A stretch of 64,000 nucleotides of DNA. It comes from Octopus vulgaris. Taxonomy: Eukaryota. The stretch covers positions 192,386,001 through 192,450,000 of the forward strand of contig OX597815.1 in assembly GCA_951406725.2 (NCBI GenBank), in the 5' to 3' direction. Each line of letters begins with the position of its first letter. Positions within the stretch are counted from its first letter, which is position 1. This document shows, piece by piece, positions 39,471-51,872 of this stretch. A program made the translations under genes and the position numbers. Under the pieces are notes generated by a model. It was not told where the DNA came from and ran no database searches. It saw only the letters and a program-made list of their open reading frames with translations.

Positions 39471-40212
39471 GGGTGGTGAGCTGGCAGAAACGTTAGCACG
39501 CCGAACGAAATGATTTGTGGTATTTCGTCCGCCGAGGTCGACTTTGCCTTTCATCCTTTCGGGGTCGATAAATTAAGGACCAGTTACGCACTGGGGTCGA
39601 TAGAATCGACTTAATCCTTTTGTCTGTCCTTGTTTGTACTCTCTGTGTTTAGCCCCTTGTGGGCAATAAAGAAATAGGTATGTCGTCTGTCTTAATGTTC
39701 TGAGTTCAAATTCCGCCGAGGTCGACTTTGCCTTTCATCCTTTCGGGGTCGATAAATTAAGAACCAGTTACGCACTGGGGTCGATAGAATCGACTTAATC
39801 CGTTTGTCTGTCCTTGTTTGTCCTCTCTGTGTTTAGCCCCTTGTGGGCAATAAAGAAATAGGTATGTCATCTGTCTTAATGTTCTGAGTTCAAATTCCGC
39901 CGAGGTAGACTTTGCCTTTCATCCTTTCGGGGTCGATAAATTAAGTACGAGTTCCGCACTGGGGTCGATGTAATCGACTTAATATCTATGTCTGTCCTTG
40001 TTTGTTCCCTCTATGTTTAGCCCCTTGTGGGTAATAAAGAAATAGGTATTTTGTGTGCCGTTACGTTCTGAGTCGACTTTGCCTTTCATCCTTTCAGGGT
40101 CGATTAAATAAGTAACAGTTAATCACTGGGGTCGATGTAATCAACTTAATCCACTTGTCTGTCCTTGTTCGTCTCCTCTATGTTTAGCACCCTGTGTGTA
40201 ATAAAGAAATAA
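39471..40212 (+). mobile_element. SINE family A tetramer
   Basis: One head followed by four core-tail units joined at aaagaaatag|gtat. Confidence 0.88.
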
Positions 40213-40927
40213 ATGTTATATTGGCGGCCACGTTGGTGGCGAGATGGACGAAACCTTAGCGCATAGGAGAAACAAAATTTTTTAACAACATTTCTTCCGG
40301 TTCTTTAACATTCTGAGTTCAAATTCCGTCGAGGTCGACTGCTTTTTCATTCTTTCGGGGTCGATGAAATAAGTACCAGGTGAACACTGGGGTCGATGTA
40401 ATTGATTAGCACTCTTCCCCCAAATTTCTGGCCTTAGCAAGGATATTTCTGGTCCTGTTGGTGTCGAGCTGGCTGAATCGTTAGCGCGTTGGAGGGGAAA
40501 TTTTTCGACAGCATTTCTTTCGGCTCTTTTCGATTTGAGTTCAAATTCCATCGAGGTCGACTTCACCTTTTATCCTTTCGGGATCGAGAACATAAGTACC
40601 AGTCAAGTATTGGGATCGATGTAAACGTCTACGCCCTTCTTGCACCAAGGTTCCAGGCCTTATGCCTAAAGAAGAAAGGACTTTAAGCGAAATACTTATA
40701 GCAAGGTGTTATGTTATTGGAGCCCTTATATGCATAAGTTTGTGTGCGTGTGTGTATGCTGTTGTTGAATATATATATATATATATAATAAATATTAGGG
40801 AATAAATCCAAATTTACAGGGCGAATTGTAGTGGCGAATATAATTTTATTTAATTTATATTAAAATTTTTTATGTATTGGATTAAGTCTTTGTTTGATTT
40901 GCAAAATAGTGGTTTTGTCTCTAATTA

Positions 40928-40973
<46 letters not shown>

Positions 40974-41317
40974 CACAAAAGGTAAAGATACTCTTCGGTC
41001 ATGAATGACCATGGGATTGCACCAAGGAAGTTACCCTCCGAGGCACAAGTACGGGCGAGGTTGCTTGTAGAAAACCAGCAGTCACCTATGCATACTGACC
41101 TCACCTGTCCTCGCCACCGATGTTAACCAAGGGAACGGCAAAGGTCGATACAGCTTGGCACCAGTGACGTCACAACTCATCTCTACAGCTGAGGGAACTG
41201 GATCAATGTGAAATAAAGTATCTTGCCCCAAAACACAAAACACAGTCCGGTCTGGAAATCGAACTCACTACCTCATGATTGAGAGTCCGACACTTTAACC
41301 ACTGAATTACGCACCTT

Positions 41318-41370
<53 letters not shown>

Positions 41371-41396
41371 AACGCAGGTGTTATTCAAATTCTTCT

Positions 41397-41484
41397 ACTT
41401 CCGACACATGTTTCGAAGATATCACTGGTATTATTCCAAAAGAATAAAATAGTGTAAAATAACGTAATCTTCTCTTCATGAGTT
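41397..41484 (-). ncRNA. Degenerate type I hammerhead motif with long stem II insertion
   Basis: AUGAAGA gaagau...aucuuc GAAA c-augu-g UC; C3 substituted by A, weak stem I. Confidence 0.55.
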
Positions 41485-41561
41485 ACAACCTTTTTACTTG
41501 TATGATTTTTTGCTACTCTGGTAACTATTTATATATTTGCCGTGTTAATTGTTAACAAGGG

Positions 41562-41632
<71 letters not shown>

Positions 41633-41727
41633 ATGAGTTATAAGCATTTATAGAACATGTATCCTATAGAAACTCAACAAACAATTAAAGACGGAGAAGA
41701 GTAGGTGTTAAAATTTTTTTACTCCAT

Positions 41728-41836
41728 GCATACGATCGTTTCGAACGATAAAACTAACATGTAAGACACATGGCAAGTATCAAAAATTAATTTAATTATA
41801 ATTAAATTAATTACATATTACCGTTCTCCTCAGTGC
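41728..41836 (-). ncRNA. Type I hammerhead ribozyme motif, intact core, long stem II insertion
   Basis: gca CUGAGGA gaacgguaa [~65 nt] uuaucguuc GAAA c-gauc-g UA ugc; predicted cut between 41731 and 41730. Confidence 0.75.
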
Positions 41837-42300
41837 GAAAGAAGAATACATCAAAAAGAATATATCAGAAGAATATTATATTGTTACAGACGACTAGAAG
41901 GGGCAGAGTGTTATATAACATGTTCGGATATTCAAAATATGATTATGAAAGATGAAAGATATAAACATGCTTAGTGAGTGTTGAGTCTAGTTGTGTATGA
42001 ACTATAACTGATGCGGCTAACGGATCTTTGGAAATATAAGTGAAAAATGTTTAAGAAACATTCTCTGTGTATGAAGATAAGAAATTAAGTGATATATACA
42101 TTCCATATAAAGCATTTATCATAAGAAGTAAAATATAATATTATATATGTGTTTGGGGGTTGTGTATAGATATGTATATATATATATATGTGTGTACATA
42201 AATAAATAAGCATCCAAAGGGACAGCATAACTACATTTAAATTTTTATATGATTTGACAGTTATGACTGGTATACAATGGAAATAAGGAAAATAAATTAT

Positions 42301-42606
42301 TGTTGTTTGTTCCTTCTCGAGCCACGCCTGGATCATAAGGGCCGGTTTCCCGGTTTCCTTGGCGTATAGGTCCCCCACCTGGACGGGACGCCGTTCCGTC
42401 GCAAGTGAGCTACAAGATACAGGAGGAAAGAGTGAGAGAAAGTTGTGGCGAAAGAGTCAGCAGAAGTTCGCCATTACCTTCTGCCGAAGCCGCGTGGAGC
42501 TTAGGTGTTTCGCTCATAAACACACACATCGCTCGGTCTGAGATTCGAACCCGCGGTCTCTCGACCGCGAGTCCGCTGCTCTAACCACTAGGCCATGTGC
42601 CTCCAC
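42301..42606 (-). mobile_element. SINE family C variant with 13-bp TSD
   Basis: TSD gaaaataaattat at 42288-42300 and 42607-42619. Confidence 0.92.
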
Positions 42607-43330
42607 GAAAATAAATTATGGTGTATATTAAAAAAAATTGCTTTAAAAATTCCTAGAATAAGAAATACAAGTAGTTAGTATAATTTTATACAAGTTACTT
42701 GAAATTCAAGTGAAAAATATTTTAGGATTGTGAGGAGTAACTTAGGTTAATGTAATAAGTCTAAGAGGAAAGACAAAAAAAAAATAAAGAAGAATAGTTG
42801 TTAATATTACAGAATCGAGAAAGAAAATACTTACTATGGTTTAACATATTGAAAAAAAAAAAAAAAAAGAAACACGGTCGGTGATAAAAAGGGTTATTTT
42901 TTGAGATGTTGAATAAGGTAACAATATAGGGGAGATAGGGCTAAGGTAAATTCGTGAGAATGATTCTTCGAAAAAATACACGTTTCTATCTTTTAATGTT
43001 AACTATGTAAGATATTAAAAAATTACAATATGAATTGAGAATCTTGTTATGGATAAAAGAGATAGAAAACGGTAGTGGTATTTATAAATAATTTTCTAGC
43101 TTCTATAACTTTAATGGTGAAAGCGGATGTAAGAAAAGGTGTTTTTATTATTATGGAGCGAAAAAATAAGTATAATAAAGATACGAGAAGTAATTCAAAT
43201 ACATAAATTTCTAATATAAGAGAGGAATATTATTTCAAAATATCTATACATATTTTGATACTGATGCATTTAAAAGGAACAGAAACTACGAAATAAGATA
43301 AAACGATACGTGCATATATATATATATATA

Positions 43331-43834
43331 CTAGCAGTATCGCCCGGCGTTGCTCGGGTTTGTAAGGGAAATAATTATATAAGCATTTTTAGAGAGTTAC
43401 TTCCCTTATAGATGCCAATTCGGGCTTTCTTAGCCATTTCTGTTTTGGTGTCTTCAAGCCATGAAGTCATTGTTCTAAAAGAATGCTGGTCTCCTTGACA
43501 ACGCTTTACGACGTTGATATCCTTACACTCCCTTCTCCACAGCTTCACGAGGGAGGGAAGAAGGGGGAGAAGCAAACACAGGTGCAGGTGTTTGAGCGTG
43601 GACGCCAACTCCGCCGCCATCGACACACGAAAATTATGCATTAAAATGGAATAAAAAATGATGTTGAATTATTTTTAAAATCGTAGACTCATCGAAGACG
43701 CGCGCTAATACTCAGACGGGCTCGATATGAATCACGACTATAAGATACCCGAATTTGGTTAAACTGCACTGCAAAATGTGGGAGTAGTTAGGAATCTAAA
43801 TCGAAGGGGACAGACACTCACACAACTACAGATT

Positions 43835-43850
<16 letters not shown>
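43331..43850 (-). mobile_element. Non-autonomous Helitron
   Basis: ctagcagtatcgcccggcgttgctcggg 3' end on the minus strand; body shared with the 52305 copy. Confidence 0.8.
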
Positions 43851-43865
<15 letters not shown>

Positions 43866-44294
43866 TTTAATATATATATATATAATTTCTTATAAAGATT
43901 TTATCCTTAATTTTAAATTTATATTTTTCACCGGAATAGTTCAATACTGAATTTTTGTTCCGAATAGGCAGATTGTTACCGAAATGCATTGCGAATAAGC
44001 CCGCCATTTTCATAGATATGTAAAGATAAACATTCGTACAAGCTACGACGAATTCTACGGTTGGCTGTCGGGTATGCTGTATTGTGTTTTTTCCTTACAT
44101 GTCTTGAGTTCGTTGCACTGAAGAGCATAGAATGCATATTCTGCATTGATTGCGAAATCACAGGTGATATGTAGCTAAATTCTGTTTTTAAATTACTTGC
44201 TTTGAAGTTTTGCATTCGGTACAATTTGTTTATTTTAGTAGTTTTGACTGCAAGAGTCCCTCCTAGCGTGCAGTACCTATGAATAATAGTACCC

Positions 44295-44400
<106 letters not shown>

Positions 44401-44551
44401 AATACATGCATATATTCATACATATATATACATATCTACATCTATATGTATATATACATATATGGGTACAGGACATCAAAAGAACGTTGAACGCAATGAG
44501 AAACGAAGATTAAAATTGTTACATACAAAATTATAAATTTTGTATGTAAAA

Positions 44552-44605
<54 letters not shown>

Positions 44606-44696
44606 GTATAAGGATTGGAAGGGAACACACGAGTTGATATATATGAAAAAATAAGTCAAAATAGAAAATACTAAAATAATTTTATAAAGAACATTT

Positions 44697-44734
44697 CAGT
44701 ACCGGTTTCGGTCATTTTGAGACCTTTTCAACTG
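44697..44734 (-). ncRNA. Minimal type I hammerhead ribozyme motif, U3-A8 variant
   Basis: cag UUGAAAA gguc-ucaaaau-gacc GAAA c-cg-g UA cug; predicted cut between 44700 and 44699. Confidence 0.7.
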
Positions 44735-46639
44735 TAAGGATTAAATAATTAAATTTAGAAAAATTAAAAGAAATGTTTTTTTAAAGGAATATTTGTATAG
44801 TGTTCAAATATAAGTGGCATTTTCCTTGTTTCTGCCTTGCTCTGTCTCTCTTGTTCACACTTGTGGGTTCGAGGTCGTTGTGAATTCTTGGTAGGGAAGA
44901 AGAAGAAGGATGATGAGAAGAAGTGGAGGTATTTTGGGAGTGCCTTGATTGTTGTATTTTGAATGGTCAGTGGCGGCTAGTAGTTCATGAGAGTATTTCT
45001 ATTGAAAGGTTTGTCTATAGAATTTGCGTAGGTGTTATACTAAAAAGCATTAGTGATGAAGTTGGGACGTAGAAGGGGGAGAAGAAGAAGAGATGATGAT
45101 GGTGACGATGTTGACGCTGAAGAAGAAGTAGAAGATGATGATGATGATGAAGAAGAAGGGGAAGAAGAAGAAGAAGAAAGAGGAGGGAGAATATGAATGA
45201 GTGGAAGTAGTGAGGTGTTGTATGACTTAAAGTTGGCACGTTATGTATATATGTATATATATTCATACATATTCGTACACGCATACATACCTATATATAC
45301 ATAGACACACACAAACACACACATTATTGTCTTTGCAGGAGCATTGAGGGCCACATGTTGAAGTGATAGCAGAGCAACATGAGATGTAGTGTTTACTTCA
45401 AGAACACAAGACCGCTCTATTCGGAAATCAACCTCACGGTCTTGCAATCGTGAGTGCAACACCACCCTAACCACTCGGCCACACACACACACACACACAT
45501 TTATGTATACTTTGCTTTGGAATGGTCATGTGGCCAATTGTATCAACGCGCCAGTTATATTTTTCTTTATTTTTATAACCATTTAGATTAATCGATTAAA
45601 TTTTAATTCTGTCAAAGTTCTTTTATCACGGCCTGTGATCTTATCGATAATGTTATGCTCCTCCTACACGTTCTTTGCACTAAACTCATTGCTCTTTGCC
45701 ATGTTTTGTGGTAATTTTTATTTGTTCCGTTAGTATTTAGCGCATGTACGTACGTATTTGAGTATGAATGACTTTTATTTGTGTTGGTGGTGGTGATAGC
45801 GATCTATGTGTACTTTCGTATGTGGTGACGAATTGTGTGTATTTTCGTATGGGATGGTCAATAACTGTGTATGCATTACTCTCGCGTATATCTACGTATC
45901 TGTTTAAATATGTGTGTGTTTGAACGACCTGTTTGTGTGTTTTACTGCTTATCATGTTGTCTCCTCCGTTTTGTTTGAAGCTTGTCATTCATTTTTCTTT
46001 TTACTATTTTCTCCCTTCGCATGTGTTGCTAATAAAACGGAGTGGGATGACTCATCTCAGATATTTATCGAGGCTTATATTCATACATACACATATGCGC
46101 CTGTACACAGATATGTATAAATGCATGCATGTACGCGTGCATGCATATAAATGCATCCAAGCACCGTAGACATGCATATATTCATGTACGCATGCAAGTA
46201 TGTATAATATGTTAATCGTTATTTTTGCATTGCGATATTGTACTGTTGTAGATATCTGTTATAGATAATTTTGGATTGGATTGTTGTTGCTGTTGTTATT
46301 GTGGAGGCTTGTTATTATTCCGTTCACACTTTCTGCTATGGTGTGTGCAGTTTTAGATTATGTCTTCGAACACAACTGTGTAGGTGATGTATGTGAATCG
46401 TTACCTCGATATCGAAATCCCTCACCAACGTCCAATTATAAATTTTCACTTGAAATGCGCAGAGTTTTATAACAGACGAATGAATCCATTTTTCTATAGG
46501 GACAAACCTTAAAATTTTATGGTGTGGGGGAGGCCAGTCGATTACATAGATCCCAGTGTTCAACTGGTACTTATTTTATCGACCCCGAAAGTATGAAAGT
46601 AAAAGTCGACCAAGGCAGAATTTGAGCTCAGAAGACGGC

Positions 46640-47115
46640 TCAGTTGGCAGAAACGTTAGCACGCCGGGCGAAATGCTTAGCGGTATTTCGTCTGCCGAAG
46701 GCGGCGAGCTGGCAGAAACGTTAGCACGCCGGGCGAAATGCTTAGCGGTATTTCGTCTGCGTTACGTTGTGAGTTCAAATTCCGCTGAGGCCGACTTTGC
46801 CTTTCATCCTTTTGGGGTCGATAAATTAAGTACCAGTTACGCACTGGAGTCGATGTAATCGACTTAATCCGTTTGTCTGTCCTTGTTTGTCCCCTCTATG
46901 TTTAGCCCCTTGTGGGTAATAAAGAAATAGGTATTTCGTCTGCCGTTACGTTCTGAGTTCAAATTCCGCTGAGGCCGACTTTGCCTTTCATCCTTTTGGG
47001 GTCGATAAATTAAGTACCAGTTACGCACTGGAGTCGATGTAATCGACTTAATCCGTTTGTCTGGCCTTGTTTGTCCCCTCTATGTTTAACTCCTTGTTGG
47101 CAATAAGGAAATAAG
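46640..47115 (+). mobile_element. SINE family A dimer nested in an older opposite-strand copy (~46490-47200)
   Basis: gaatttga.ctcagaa is repeated on both sides of the insert; the head is duplicated. Confidence 0.8.
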
Positions 47116-48024
47116 AATTTGAACTCAGAATGTAAGACCAGAAGAAATGCCGCTAAGCAATTTTTTCTGTGTTCGAACGATTCTGCCAGCTCACCGCCTT
47201 ATAACAATTTCATATATAACACTGAAGCAAAATAAAAGACATTGATGACCAAATAATTTGTGCTGTATGTCGTACGTTACTAAAATTCTAGACCAAATGG
47301 CTCGGAGGGACGAAAATTTAGAACATTGCCAAATTCAAGACTAAGTACGAAACAATATGGATGAATAAAATGTCTTGCGTGGGACAACACCGTTTCGTAT
47401 TAATATGTAAATGCTAAGGTACGTTTGTTTTTGTGAGCAGGAAATAGCGTGAGGAATACAGCGTAATGTGTGTAGGAAACAGAATTGGTGAGAAAAGATA
47501 TAGTGAAGTTTACAATATAGAAGCAAAGACCAGAATGAATCCGTTCAGAATTTCTTCGTTCAGTGCACATAGTTGTCACAAAATGACACTGCTTAAGTGT
47601 CTGATATGAAAGTATATGGTTAGTTACAGGTGTTGCACTAAAACATGTAGTCAAAAGAGAAGGTGCTACAATGTAGCTTTGATATTTGACCTCCGTTTTC
47701 TGATCACAGTCGGCTAGACTCATTCTTTCATAAGCTATGATAGCTGCTAAGACGATACTGCGTAGGACTTCCGATGTGTGAGCGTTGAGGTCATAGAGAC
47801 TATTGCTGCTGCTACTAATACTAGACACACACACACACACGTACATAATACATTCATACATACATACACTGCATGTATTATGACTCGGGCAGATACCCGG
47901 GGCGCCATGTGTTACGTGATGCTAAGGAGTGCGTGACAAAAACAAGGAAATTTCCACAAACGTCATCTTGTACGCACCAAAGTTCAGCTTGCCCGGGACA
48001 CCAGCAACCTTAGGAGCGGCTCTG

Positions 48025-48059
<35 letters not shown>

Positions 48060-48450
48060 TTATAGAAGTAAATGTAGGATAAGCAAGTTGGACAGATCAA
48101 TATATAAAGTATATTAAATACATGAAACACACACACAAAAAAAAAATGAATATATGTATATATATATGCGTGTGTGTGTTTGTGTGTGTGTCTGTGTTTG
48201 TCCCCTGGTGTGTTTATGTCCCCGTCACTTAGCGGTTCGGCAAAAGAGACCGATAGAATAAGTACTGGGCTTACAAAAGAATAAGTCCCGGGGTCGATTT
48301 GCTCGATTAAAGGCGGTGCTCCAGCATGGCCGCAGTCAAATGACTGAAACAAGTAAAAGAGTAAAGAGTAAAAGAGTATACAAAAAGGTCTGACGTACAC
48401 AGAATACAAATGATGTTGAGAATTATAGAGGTTGAAGAAAACTATTGCGA

Positions 48451-48543
48451 ATCCAACAGCTGTTTCAGGAGGGTTGGTGGTCCAAAATAATGTTTATGGA
48501 CTGATTCCATCATAGGAAGAGACGAGTCTCCGTTTTCAGGGAA
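48451..48543 (-). ncRNA. Hammerhead motif, G8 substituted
   Basis: uucc CUGAAAA cggag...cuccu GAAA c-agcu-g UU ggau. Confidence 0.55.
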
Positions 48544-48586
48544 GAGTTCTTACATTTCAGATATTAAAGGAAAGAAGTTAAAAGAT

Positions 48587-48683
48587 GAATCCCTGAAGAC
48601 GAAGACTCGTCTCATCCTACGATAGAATCAATCTACAAACATCATTTTGGACCGCCGAGCTCCCAGAAACAGCTGTTGGGTTC
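48587..48683 (+). ncRNA. Hammerhead motif, core intact, imperfect stem II base
   Basis: gaaucc CUGAAGA cgaagacucg...cgagcuccca GAAA c-agcu-g UU ggguuc. Confidence 0.6.
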
Positions 48684-48801
48684 GCAATACTTATCTTCAA
48701 CCCTTTTAATTTTCTTTTTCATTTGTAGTTTGTTTCAGTCGGACCTTTTTGTACGTAAACCCATATACATTTATTGTATTTCGTGTATTTAATATACTTT
48801 A

Positions 48802-48970
48802 CTAGCAGTATCGCCCGGCGTTGCTCGGGTTTGTAAGGGAAATAACTATATAAGCATTTTTAGAGAGTTATAGCCAAAAAATAGCAAAAAAATGGGAAAA
48901 AAATTATGGTAAATTTTTTTTAAATCGTTTGGACAAAATAATGGAAACACCTTAAATCGTAGGAGACAGA
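48802..48970 (-). mobile_element. Truncated non-autonomous Helitron
   Basis: ctagcagtatcgcccggcgttgctcggg end; internally deleted relative to the 52305 copy. Confidence 0.75.
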
Positions 48971-49000
48971 AAAATTTCAAACAAATTTATTTAATACATA

Positions 49001-50255
49001 CATGGGTTGGACAAAATGATGAAAATACCTTAACGTTTCAAACAAATTTATTGTAGGACCGCCTTTGGCAGTAATTACAGCTTGAATTCTACGAGGTATG
49101 GACTCGTACAAAGTTTGAATTGTTTCCAAAGGAATTTTTGTCCATTCTTCAGCTAAAACAGTCTCCAGTTCTTGTAGTGATGATAGTGGAGGATATCGAC
49201 TCCTTACTTGTTTTTCTAAAATGCACCATAAATGTTCAATAATATTGAGATCTGGGGACTGTGGTGGCCAGATAGGATGTTCAACTTCACCAGAATGTTC
49301 CTCGTGCTATTCAGTAACAACTTTATCTGTGTGAATTGGTGCATTATCATCGTGAAAGATTGCGTTTTCCCCTGGAAGCAGTTCTGCAACCATAGGATGA
49401 ATCTAATCAGATAAAATGCTTAAATAGTCTTGACTATTAATTCTGCCATGAAGGGAAACCATTGGGCCGGCGGATTTCCAAGATATAGCCCCCCCCCAGA
49501 TCATCACAGATCCTCCTCCATGTTTAACAGTTGGAAGAAGGCAGTCTGGGTCAAATGCTTCTTTTGGCTGTCTCCACACGTATACTCGGCCGGTGGTCAG
49601 AAATAAGGTAAAGGATGACTCGTCCGAGAAAATAACATTCTTCCACTGCTCTAGGGACCAATTCTGTAGGTTTTTACTTCACTCTAAACGCTTTGCAACT
49701 TTTGTTTTTGAAAGTAGTGGTTTTCTGATTGTAGCCCTCCTGTGAAATCCGGCTTTGTGCAGCTCCCGGCAAACAATTTTTGTAGAAACTGGGTTCTCGA
49801 AGTGGTCATTAAGCTCTGCAGTAATTTTGGGAGCTATACTTTTGTGATCTTTTCTAACAATTCGCCTAAGAATCTGACGGTTCCTATCTGAAAGTTTTGG
49901 TTTTCTTCCGGAGTTTTGTTTCGACGAGGAAGTTTTTTCCTCTTTCTCAAAGGCTGTCATTACTTTCGAGATAGTAGTGCTTGATACACCAAACATTTTG
50001 GCTGTTTTCGTTATGCTAGCGCCTGCCATACGGGCACCAACAATTTGACATCTTTGAAAGTTAGATAGATCTGTCATTTTAATGAATTTTAATTACCTTT
50101 TTCTGATGATATCTGAAAAGAAACAGCAATTTTAGCAAAACATTAAGCAACACTAATAATAAATCAAAAAACAAAAATAAACAAGCTTTTGACGGTTTCA
50201 TAGACATTTCAAAATTATGATGCTATGTGTTTCCATTATTTTGTCCAATCCTCTG
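49001..50255 (-). mobile_element. Tc1-superfamily DNA transposon (DD36E, Incomer-like), full length
   Basis: TA-flanked imperfect TIRs ca.g(g)(a/g)ttggacaaaat.atg.aaa.ac at both ends; about 1.25 kb; transposase inside. Confidence 0.9.
49052..50077 (-). pseudogene. Tc1-type transposase pseudogene
   Basis: HTH N-terminus MTDLSNFQRCQIVGARMAG, GRKPKL, VIFSDES, KHGGGSVMIWG, DDNAPIH, WPPQSPDLNIIEHLW, AKGGPT; several stops and a frameshift. Confidence 0.92.
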
Positions 50256-50258
50256 TAC

Positions 50259-50320
<62 letters not shown>

Positions 50321-51505
50321 TGGTGTGCGTGTGTGTGTGTGTGTGTGTGTGCAGTGAGCTGGGGAAGAAAGAGACAGGAGTTTATCGTTTTAGGCGGAGC
50401 TTATTCTTATTTTCCAGGTAGATCCCCCAGTCAGGAAAAGAGGCTCTTCTGTATTTTTTCCATATCCTAAAATAGATTCCAGAGACCACCTTCCAACTAA
50501 ATTATGCAAACGAAGTGGGACAGAAAAATAAACAGAAGCAAAAAAAAAACAAAAAAAAAACTGCATACTTGAAAGAATATTTATTCCTCTGCAATTTAAT
50601 GGTACTTTGGTTGAACTCATTTCTGTATTTGATTGATAGATTTGGCGTATGCATGTATGCGTGTCTGTGTGGGGTTGTCAGTAGGCTCAAATAAATAAAA
50701 ACATTCCTCCATATATCCACCGTTGATTAATGGCGAACATCAATTGCGCTTCGTTTTATTTTATGACAATTATTTTACTGTTGATTATATTTGGCTTTTA
50801 TTTTTTTTTGCGTAAAGAAACCTTTAAAACTCTCTCTGTTACGTTTTGTTTTCATTCTACATTTTATGTAAGTCGGTTTAGTGGGATTTTTTTTCCTGTG
50901 CATATGTGCGTGTATTTATGCGTGTGTTTTTACGGCTGAATGGTAATGCCTTTAAATGGCAATTCGTTTGCAATGAACCTTTTCAGCTTATCAGAATGAC
51001 GTTCCAAATTTATTCGTTTACTTAGATTTATCAACGCTAAAGCAATGGCGGACGATAAAAACGATTTTGCTGCAGAGTGAACTGTTTCTTGGCTTCGTTT
51101 AAAGAAGAAAAAAAAGCGCTACTTGCATTATCTCTGATCCCTCCTTCCAGAAACAGTTGGAAAGGGTTAATGCAGCTTCGGCTCCTTTAAATTATGATCT
51201 CCCATTGGACCTAGGTCAAATTTGTCTTTCTTCTATCAAGAGGGGATGAAATATCTAAAAGTAATGTAATGGAATCAATCCAATCTACTACATTCCTATA
51301 AGGATTTTATGCTTATTTTTCAAAATTCTTTAGTCTGAAGACGAATAGGGAACTCAGCTGTTGAAGGTTTTCTTGGCATGCTGAGGTTGTAACTGCTTGA
51401 TCCCAGGTCAAACCTAACCCAGCAGATTTATGATCAAAAGATTTCTAGCCGTGATCATCCTGTCATTTTATGGCGTTTCTCGAGTTACAATATCCAATAT
51501 GTGTG

Positions 51506-51832
51506 AGGGTGCGTGGCTTAGTGGCTTGGAGGAATTTGGCTCACGATCGCAAAGTCGTGAGATCGATTCCCAAAGACGCGTTGTCTCCTTGAGCAAGACG
51601 CTATATTTTACGTTGCTCCAGTTCACATAGCTGGCGAAAGTGAGTTGTACCTGTAATTCAAAAGGCTGAATGGTAATTGTCACATTCTGAGTCATGCTGA
51701 AGCTCTCTGAGAACTACATTAACGGTACATATATCTGTGGAGTATTCAGCCATTTGCATGTTAATTTCACGAGCAGGCTGCACCATAGACCGGATCAACT
51801 GAAACACACATCGTTGTATCTGATGGAGCGCC
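51506..51832 (+). mobile_element. SINE family D, diverged
   Basis: Match to the 5447 copy. Confidence 0.78.
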
Positions 51833-51872
51833 AAATTTTTTATCCAACGTCTCCTGCAGTTTTTAAGACGGT

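Larger units (their letters stand above)
48105..48801. mobile_element. Large palindromic Penelope pLTR-like element with a hammerhead on each strand; SINE B half inserted at ~48150-48376
   Basis: taaagtatattaaatac.../...gtatttaatatacttta termini; arms ~48378-48543 vs ~48589-48753. Confidence 0.75.

Noticed and set aside
47400-47861. 153-aa minus-strand ORF in unique sequence
   Set aside because: Starts in a microsatellite, has no recognisable domain, and one such ORF could arise by chance in 64 kb
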